Source: a virus
Taxonomy: Duplodnaviria > Caudoviricetes
Length of the DNA: 43,060 bases
Virus record (IMG/VR): IMGVR_UViG_3300020365_000037
Coordinates: 1-43,060 of that record
Reading direction: 5' to 3' (one strand)
Shown piece after piece: positions 37,195-43,060 of this stretch. The position numbers were made by a program, and so were the translations under genes. Below the pieces are notes generated by a model. The model was not told where the DNA came from and searched no databases. It was given only the letters and a program-made list of their open reading frames with translations. Every line of letters starts with the position of its first letter. The first letter of the stretch is position 1.

Positions 37195-38159
37195 CGGGTC
37201 AAAAGAGAAGGGCCGCAGACGTTTCATTCTCTGAAGCCATGCTCACATTTTTGAGCGACTACTGTGGTGTGACCTTTATAAATAATGAAATAGACTTTCG
37301 CGAAAGACGTGTTCGCTGGGGTACGGCTGACCGGTATATTACTAGTAGCCGTATGCTTACACCGTTCTTTGGAGAGATGTATCTTTCAGACGTACAAACA
37401 ACGGATATCAAGGCTTACGCTATTGCTAGACGTGAAGCCGGTGTGACTGATGCAACTATTCTAAGGGACATACGTCTGCTCAGTAAAATGTACAACTACT
37501 GGGTCAGTGAAAGACCTGACAGGGTCAAGTATAATCCGGTGGCATCATTCGATAGCAAACAGCTAAAGGATAGTGAAACACGGATTAGATATCTGACCCA
37601 TAATGAAGTAGACCATCTGCTTAATGTAGCCAAGCAATCTTATAACAAAGACCTGTATCATCAGATTACATTTGCTTTGGCTACCGGACTTAGATGGAAC
37701 GAACAGTTTAGTTTGAAATGGGATATGGTACGTGACACAGCAAAAGGTAAAGAGTTGTTTCTGCCATCAGAACTAAACAAAAATAAAAAATACAGAAAGG
37801 TTCCTTTGACTTCTGAAGCAATAGAAGTTTTGGAATATTTACACAGTCAGCCACTCTGTATGCGTGGCTTTGTGTTCTATAATTCAGACACAAGTGACCG
37901 TGTATGTAGCAACCGTACCGCATGGGAGACGTGTCTAGACAACAGTAAAATAACGGACTTTGTCTGGCACGATTTGCGTCATACCTTTGCTACACATGCC
38001 CTTGCGAAGGGCTTGCGTATCGAATATGTATCAGAGATTTTAGGACATTCTGACATCTCTATTACACAGAAGTACGCACACATCTTGCCCTCTGAATTGC
38101 ACGATGCGGTCAGAGGACTGACACAAGGACTGACACACACGCCGGTCTTTGCAAGCTAA
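37059..38159 (+). CDS. int: Tyrosine integrase
   Basis: TGLRWNE, HDLRHTFA, LGH, TQKYAH. Confidence 0.95.
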   Translation: MPAYQRGKTWYASYQINGVKYRKATEATSKREAERIAEELRHAEIAGQKRRAADVSFSEAMLTFLSDYCGVTFINNEIDFRERRVRWGTADRYITSSRMLTPFFGEMYLSDVQTTDIKAYAIARREAGVTDATILRDIRLLSKMYNYWVSERPDRVKYNPVASFDSKQLKDSETRIRYLTHNEVDHLLNVAKQSYNKDLYHQITFALATGLRWNEQFSLKWDMVRDTAKGKELFLPSELNKNKKYRKVPLTSEAIEVLEYLHSQPLCMRGFVFYNSDTSDRVCSNRTAWETCLDNSKITDFVWHDLRHTFATHALAKGLRIEYVSEILGHSDISITQKYAHILPSELHDAVRGLTQGLTHTPVFAS

Positions 38160-38196
38160 GTTATTGAAATGATTTATTTGTCACTATACAAACATG

Positions 38197-38244
38197 GGTC
38201 TCCAAAACCGGGTGTTGCAGGTTCAAGTCCTGTCACTCCTGCCA
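38197..38244 (+). other. attP core = 3' half of tRNA-Trp(CCA)
   Basis: GGTCTCCAAAACCGGGTGTTGCAGGTTCAAGTCCTGTCACTCCTGCCA: anticodon loop, T arm and CCA end, but no 5' acceptor strand or D arm; directly after int. Confidence 0.85.
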
Positions 38245-38300
38245 AATTGTATAGTGAGTACAATAACTTAGCTGATTTACCCAATGTGGGTAAAATGTAC

Positions 38301-38344
38301 TGTGTCCGTCATATTTCGCATATTTCGCAGATATGACGGACACA
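38301..38344. repeat. Perfect 14-bp inverted repeat in the att arm
   Basis: TGTGTCCGTCATAT ... ATATGACGGACACA. Confidence 0.8.
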
Positions 38345-38372
38345 CAAACAGACACAGCTAAAAGAGGTAATA

Positions 38373-38648
38373 ATGAACTACTCACAGACTATGGATTGGT
38401 TATTTAATCACTGCGTTAATATCTTGAATGTAGTGGCACAGCACATCGGGATGACATACAATGAAATCAACATATGGATTTTTGTCATCATTGAACCGTT
38501 GGTGTTTGTCTGCATGTGCTATTATATTCTAAGGCTTAGACACAAGCTAAAACAGCATAAATCTAAAGAAGCGGCGATGCCATATTGGGTGCCGCACTTG
38601 CCACTTTCTTCCGTTGAAGCGACTGCTCGGCGGCTTCAGCAATCATAG
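38373..38648 (+). CDS. Small membrane protein
   Basis: GAGG RBS; GMTYNEINIWIFVIIEPLVFVCMCYYIL hydrophobic segment. Confidence 0.6.
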   Translation: MNYSQTMDWLFNHCVNILNVVAQHIGMTYNEINIWIFVIIEPLVFVCMCYYILRLRHKLKQHKSKEAAMPYWVPHLPLSSVEATARRLQQS

Positions 38649-39270
38649 CAGACAAGTCTGAGAAAGAAGGTTGAGATGGGCGAGAAAGAGGTCCTGTTAC
38701 TGATGCAGTTGTTGTCGGAGTGGATACCGGCATTGCTTGCGAAGGTATACTAATTTCAATTGGGATTGAATTAGAACCACCTTCAGGTAAAACAACGCCG
38801 CCAAGCATACGAGCGGCACCATAGAGGCGGTCAGTAAAGCCGCCTCTATAATCTTGCATAGGGTTCAACCGGCTAAACACATCACCCATAGTAGCTTGCC
38901 GCGCCATTGGATTACCAAACTCATCCTGTTGATTAAAGTTATAGTCATCTAAGATAGTGAACGAACCGTCTTCATTTACCCTCACATCAAACTGACCTAG
39001 CACTGTCTTCAACGCACCAACGTCTGAGAACTTACTGCCTTTGCCTGTGACTACGTTTCCTTCTTTGAAATATCTGTTAAGGGCAGGGTAGTCCACACCA
39101 TATGTGCCGGGTTTTTTTCCAGCGTAGTTTGCTTTGACAAAGTCTGTCAGCACACGCATCATACCTTCGTTAAAATCAGCTTCAGTATATTTTTCTGAGC
39201 GCATGGAATCTGGTAATGCGGCACGGCCTAATGAACGTAGGAATGTGGATGCTTGTTGAAAGTTTGCCAT
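38563..39270 (-). CDS. Hypothetical protein
   Basis: 235 aa; last gene of the minus-strand run. Confidence 0.6.
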   Translation of the reverse strand: MANFQQASTFLRSLGRAALPDSMRSEKYTEADFNEGMMRVLTDFVKANYAGKKPGTYGVDYPALNRYFKEGNVVTGKGSKFSDVGALKTVLGQFDVRVNEDGSFTILDDYNFNQQDEFGNPMARQATMGDVFSRLNPMQDYRGGFTDRLYGAARMLGGVVLPEGGSNSIPIEISIPSQAMPVSTPTTTASVTGPLSRPSQPSFSDLSAMIAEAAEQSLQRKKVASAAPNMASPLL

Positions 39271-39596
39271 TATCTATTATCCCCGGACCCGGTGAGTTGG
39301 TTGCGTTCTGCCCTTGATGCCAGCTTGTCTAGGTTCATGGTGGCAATCAGATTCATGTCCATGTCTATGTCTGATGCAATGTTTGCGATATACCACAGTA
39401 CGTCACCAAGCTCTTTTGCAAGCTCAACTTTCTTTTCTTCTGTAAATACACCGCCTTCATCGCGGATAACCTTCTTTACTTTTTCTGCTACTTCGCCAGC
39501 TTCGCCTACCAAACCCAGTGTTGGGTATAGTATCTTTGCGCTGTCTGGATATATAGCCGTCTCAATGGCGGACTGTTGATAGTCTTGCATGTCCAT
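39270..39596 (-). CDS. mazG: MazG-like nucleotide pyrophosphohydrolase
   Basis: LGLVGEAGEVAEKVKK...ELGDVLWY...NLDKLASR. Confidence 0.9.
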   Translation of the reverse strand: MDMQDYQQSAIETAIYPDSAKILYPTLGLVGEAGEVAEKVKKVIRDEGGVFTEEKKVELAKELGDVLWYIANIASDIDMDMNLIATMNLDKLASRAERNQLTGSGDNR

Positions 39597-40105
39597 TATT
39601 TTTTTCCCTTCTTAGGACTGTTGTCTGCACTTGAACCAAAGTAGTAGGCCACAACTGTTGACGCTGTCCCGCCAAGCCAGCCTACTGCAATGTTGATAAA
39701 CCCTATGTCTGCATCAATGCCACCGGGCCAGAACGTGACTGCACCGATGTAACCAAAGAAAGATATAAGGGTCATGATAGCCAGCACAGACGGGACGTGG
39801 TCATTCATTTCTGCTTGTCTGCGTCTAGCACTGTCTCTGTCTTGCATGTTTATTCTTGCTAGGTCTATGTCTAGCTTTTTCATTTCTGTCTGAAACTCAA
39901 GCTCTGCATTTTTCAACATGGCTAACTGTTCTGGGGATGCGCCAGTCACCGCAGAGATAATCTCTTGCTCAGTCGCATCAGACTTGCCCAACAATGACGT
40001 AGCCAAAGTCCGTGCGGCTACGCCACCCATCGGCCCACCCAAAGCGGTGCCAATAGTAGGTGCCACAACACCCAGAACTTCTTTAGCGGTTTTCCAAATA
40101 TCCAT
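39596..40105 (-). CDS. Holin-like membrane protein
   Basis: VAPTIGTALGGPMGG, DRDSAR, two C-terminal TM helices ending YYFGSS; near the endolysin. Confidence 0.65.
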   Translation of the reverse strand: MDIWKTAKEVLGVVAPTIGTALGGPMGGVAARTLATSLLGKSDATEQEIISAVTGASPEQLAMLKNAELEFQTEMKKLDIDLARINMQDRDSARRRQAEMNDHVPSVLAIMTLISFFGYIGAVTFWPGGIDADIGFINIAVGWLGGTASTVVAYYFGSSADNSPKKGKK

Positions 40106-40106
40106 G

Positions 40107-40559
40107 TTAACCTCTAGCTTTTTTTGCTTCCCAAACAAACCATGCAAAGAAACACAGGATGCTGGTAAAAACTGTGACCAGTACACCGGCCAAGATAATC
40201 TCTTTTATTTCTTCCGCTTTTTTTTGTTGGCGATGTTTTTCTTCTAATCTTTCTTTTCTTATCTGCGCTCTAAGCCTGACTAATTCATTCCATCCGTTGA
40301 TACCGCGTGTGGCATATACTATCTGCCGAAGGGCATCTTCCATGTCTTCAGCTTTTTTCTTAGCCATAAAAGTATGGAGAGCTTCTTCTTCAACAGAGCC
40401 ACGGCGTTTAGATTTTGCTGTATTATGTTCGTCCTTAATTTGGTCAATAGCTCCCCAGAGCTTACCGATATCTCCAGCAAGCGACTGCAAATCTTTTCCC
40501 ACACTGACACCAGTTTTAATCGCGGTGAATGCGGCAGTAGCGATTGTAATAGGGTCCAT
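40107..40559 (-). CDS. Hypothetical membrane-anchored protein
   Basis: MDPITIATAAF..., coiled coil, C-terminal TM helix. Confidence 0.65.
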   Translation of the reverse strand: MDPITIATAAFTAIKTGVSVGKDLQSLAGDIGKLWGAIDQIKDEHNTAKSKRRGSVEEEALHTFMAKKKAEDMEDALRQIVYATRGINGWNELVRLRAQIRKERLEEKHRQQKKAEEIKEIILAGVLVTVFTSILCFFAWFVWEAKKARG

Positions 40560-40581
40560 ATTTTATTCCCAAGGTTGAACA

Positions 40582-40845
40582 TTAGCCCTTTCTCTTCTTT
40601 CTTCCCTTCTTAGAAGAAACCTTCGCGGCAGGGGTGTTTCGCACAAACTGTTTTCTTTTGCCTGAAGCCTTCTTCTTTTTTGCTGTTGCCGCTCTCTGTG
40701 CCTTTGTAAGGCTCCTAGCTTTCGCGAGTGGTAGACAACGGTCTGGGTTCTTCTTGTTCTTTGATGTGCCACACGCACCCTTGATTGAGCCATCAGTTCC
40801 GATACGCACCCATTTCTGCTTCACCCATTTCTTTAATTCACCCAT
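40582..40845 (-). CDS. Small basic protein
   Basis: 87 aa K/R-rich (LKKWVKQKWV...RCLPLAKA). Confidence 0.7.
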   Translation of the reverse strand: MGELKKWVKQKWVRIGTDGSIKGACGTSKNKKNPDRCLPLAKARSLTKAQRAATAKKKKASGKRKQFVRNTPAAKVSSKKGRKKRKG

Positions 40846-41024
40846 TACTTTTTCCTCTTGCGCTTTTTGCCTTTCGCGCCTTTGGCATAGTTAGGGTCCT
40901 TACAATATTTAGAAGCGGCCATGTTTGCATACGCTGATGGATACCGGTCAAAGGTACGCTTTGCCCAAGCTATACCAGCCGCGCATATTTTATTTGGCCG
41001 CTTCATTTTCTTTTTACTTGCCAT
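40845..41024 (-). CDS. Small basic protein (59 aa)
   Basis: MASKKKMKRPNKICAAGIAWAKRTFDRYPSAYAN... Confidence 0.65.
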   Translation of the reverse strand: MASKKKMKRPNKICAAGIAWAKRTFDRYPSAYANMAASKYCKDPNYAKGAKGKKRKRKK

Positions 41025-41175
41025 TCTTGTGAACCTTCTGAATGGTAAATGACGCAGACAGAGAAGCCCCCGGATGTTTTTTAAAACCACCCGGCGGGTT
41101 CTTCATTAACTTGTAGGACTGGCCAGACTTCATCCAATGAAATCCAGCGGGTGCCTTGACATTCTTAGTAGCCAT
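41014..41175 (-). CDS. Small basic protein (53 aa), not in ORF track
   Basis: MATKNVKAPAGFHWMKSGQSYKLMKNPPGGFKKHPGASLSASFTIQKVHKNGK; overlaps both neighbours. Confidence 0.65.
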   Translation of the reverse strand: MATKNVKAPAGFHWMKSGQSYKLMKNPPGGFKKHPGASLSASFTIQKVHKNGK

Positions 41176-41215
41176 AACCGCCCTTTTTCTTCTTCTTTTT
41201 CTTTTTCATCATCAT
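41165..41215 (-). CDS. 16-aa poly-Lys micropeptide
   Basis: GAGGTG RBS then MMMKKKKKKKKGGYGY-stop. Confidence 0.5.
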   Translation of the reverse strand: MMMKKKKKKKKGGYGY

Positions 41216-41224
41216 AACTTCACC

Positions 41225-41656
41225 TCATTGTTTGGTTGTGAACAGCCAGCTACGCACATCAAATGCGGGGCATTGCTTCTGCACGTCCGGTAAATCCCTA
41301 TGCCCAAGGACCTCTGCATCTGGATAACTAGCCTGTAGTTGGTCCACCAACTCTTCCAGACTTTCCCATTGCTGTGGCGTGAAGTTATCTTCAGCCTCAT
41401 CATCTTGTCCTCTGCCGCCAACTAGACATATGCCTATAGACACAGAGTTATACCCAGCGGCATGTGCGCCAGACACGCCGATGTCTCGACCACTTTCGAC
41501 TGTGCCATCCCGGCGAATGACTTTGTGGTATCCAATGTCCGACCAGCCGCGCTCTTCGACATGCCATTTGCGTATGTCATCTGCGCCAATATCCATAGTC
41601 TCATATGTATCAGCGCAGTGGATGACTATGTATTCTGTCTTAGACCGTGGTTTCAT
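41225..41656 (-). CDS. Endolysin, N-acetylmuramoyl-L-alanine amidase (T7 lysozyme-like)
   Basis: IVIHCA, GWSDIGYH, GAHAAGYN, GHRD, KQCPAFDV. Confidence 0.95.
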   Translation of the reverse strand: MKPRSKTEYIVIHCADTYETMDIGADDIRKWHVEERGWSDIGYHKVIRRDGTVESGRDIGVSGAHAAGYNSVSIGICLVGGRGQDDEAEDNFTPQQWESLEELVDQLQASYPDAEVLGHRDLPDVQKQCPAFDVRSWLFTTKQ

Positions 41657-41659
41657 TTG

Positions 41660-41863
41660 TCAGATATTTCCTTCTTGTATCTGTTCACATAATTTTGCTT
41701 TGACGCGGGACATGGGTATGTTTTTGTGAATGATAAACTCCATTTCTTTTAACCTTGTCTTACATTCTGTTTCTTTCAGATACGGACCTTCTAAATCCTG
41801 TGCCACCAAACATTGATGTCCCCCAAAAGCTACCCAGCAAAAGAAAACAGAAGCAGTGAACAT
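41660..41863 (-). CDS. Hypothetical Cys-containing protein
   Basis: 67 aa, tightly packed in the operon. Confidence 0.55.
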   Translation of the reverse strand: MFTASVFFCWVAFGGHQCLVAQDLEGPYLKETECKTRLKEMEFIIHKNIPMSRVKAKLCEQIQEGNI

Positions 41864-42198
41864 TACTTTCTCCTTGAGCCTTTAGGCGGTGACTTCTTAC
41901 TGCCGCCCGGACCAGCCCACAATTTTTTACAGGACCAGTAACGAGCCGTTAATTTTGACGTTGCTGTTTTACAGTTATGTCTAGCTTTAAAGTTGGCTCT
42001 AGCACCGGCACTGTAGTTATGTCCGTACCCTTTTGCGCCGAACTCAATCACACGCATTTTGTCACCTTCTTTTGCGAGGACCCGCATCTTCTTCTTGCTT
42101 GATGCTGGCGCACGTTTAGGTTTGTTCACGCCGGGGAAGCGTTCACCCCTGTACACCACGCCGGACTTTGTTCTGGTAAGTTTAGGTTTCTTGGCCAT
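41863..42198 (-). CDS. Basic protein
   Basis: 111 aa K/R-rich; FKARHNC...ARYWSCKKLW. Confidence 0.7.
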   Translation of the reverse strand: MAKKPKLTRTKSGVVYRGERFPGVNKPKRAPASSKKKMRVLAKEGDKMRVIEFGAKGYGHNYSAGARANFKARHNCKTATSKLTARYWSCKKLWAGPGGSKKSPPKGSRRK

Positions 42199-42203
42199 AC
42201 TAC

Positions 42204-42545
42204 TTACCCCTCTACCCAGCTAGTTGTTTCTTCATCCCAACGATAAACGCCATCATCTGGATGTGGGGTAGGGGGTTCCCATAGACACGAAGTTTCATTA
42301 AGCACCCAAGAAGGAAAAGGCTGTGGCGCAATAAACGCATCTCTTGCCGCATCATAAGTGTATCCTACGCTGGCAAAGTTTTTTCTTAGCGCAGTACCAC
42401 CATTAAGATGTTCACCGCCATAAGTGTTGTAAGATGTCTGTATCCATTCACCGGGTTCTGTATCGACTAAGTTGTCTATAAAATCTTGGTCGGCTACAAG
42501 TACCCTAGTAACAACGCCATTTAATACTTTTGCATAATGTGCCAT
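42204..42545 (-). CDS. Tail-fibre-associated protein
   Basis: MAHYAKV...WIQTSYN...LRKNFA...PQPFPSW; follows a Gly-rich fibre gene. Confidence 0.65.
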   Translation of the reverse strand: MAHYAKVLNGVVTRVLVADQDFIDNLVDTEPGEWIQTSYNTYGGEHLNGGTALRKNFASVGYTYDAARDAFIAPQPFPSWVLNETSCLWEPPTPHPDDGVYRWDEETTSWVEG

Positions 42546-42554
42546 TACTTTCTC

Positions 42555-43060
42555 CTACGCAGTATATGAACCACTCGACAGAAAGGTAATGATGGTATTA
42601 CTTCCTGATGTTGTTACAGTTGGTGAACCCGTAGTTATGCCAGTGTAATCTGCGGTAGGCAGAATAAGTATACATCTACCAGAACCACCAGCCCTGCCAG
42701 ATGGCGTATTATTCCAGCAACCCGCACCGCCACCGCCACCAGTGTTTGCAGTTCCAGCAACAGCTTGTACCGCACCACCCAGATAGTCAGCCGCCCCATT
42801 GCCACCGCCACCTGTACCGCCTTGGCCTATGACGTAAGCTACGTTAGCGTCCATACCCCCAGCACCACCTCCAGCAAATGGACCTTCTGATGTAAGTCCA
42901 GTTACGGTTGGGTTAGCACCATCGCCACCTGCCATGTTGCCATCGGTGTTACCAGCTTCGCCTTTGCCGCCGCCACCGCCGCCACCGCCTGAATATGTGC
43001 CACCATTATTACCTTGTCCCGAAGTACCCGAACCTCCAGCTTGGTTGCCAGCACCAGAAC
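42555..43060 (-). CDS. Glycine-rich tail fibre protein, 5' end truncated
   Basis: Frame is open to the window end; GTANTGGGGGAG...GGSG...TFLSSGSYTA. Confidence 0.75.
   Translation of the reverse strand, partial: SGAGNQAGGSGTSGQGNNGGTYSGGGGGGGGKGEAGNTDGNMAGGDGANPTVTGLTSEGPFAGGGAGGMDANVAYVIGQGGTGGGGNGAADYLGGAVQAVAGTANTGGGGGAGCWNNTPSGRAGGSGRCILILPTADYTGITTGSPTVTTSGSNTIITFLSSGSYTA

Noticed and set aside
38170-38244. Complete tRNA-Trp gene
   Set aside because: Only the anticodon arm to CCA is present; upstream bases cannot form the acceptor 5' strand or D arm, so it is called attP.

Overview
The window is a large, internally continuous piece of a temperate, podovirus-like dsDNA phage; the host is probably a marine alphaproteobacterium, which is an inference. 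ORFs run off both ends. Layout: (1) a minus-strand morphogenesis operon at 1-17394 (terS, terL, portal, scaffold, major capsid, tail adaptor/nozzle, an HlyC-type acyltransferase, four internal/ejection-type proteins); (2) a plus-strand early operon at about 17860-23484 (MoxR/CobS-like AAA+ ATPase, vWA partner, small proteins); (3) a replication region at 23489-36573 (RuvC, iteron-rich putative origin, SF3 helicase, RepB-like primase, SNF2 helicase, exonuclease, SSB, PolA, class II RNR); (4) a repressor/xis/int module with an attP matching the 3' half of tRNA-Trp; (5) a minus-strand lysis/tail region. The strongest hidden signal is three hammerhead ribozymes (two type III with compensatory changes, one type I with a pseudoknot), one before each of the first three early cistrons. 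Other highlights: an RTX-toxin-activating acyltransferase next to ejection proteins with no RTX toxin in view, an ArfA-like ORF with an internal terminator, a candidate anti-Shine-Dalgarno sRNA, a genome-wide AGACA(C/T) repeat motif, and many unannotated very basic microproteins. All assignments are by eye; no database searches were run.
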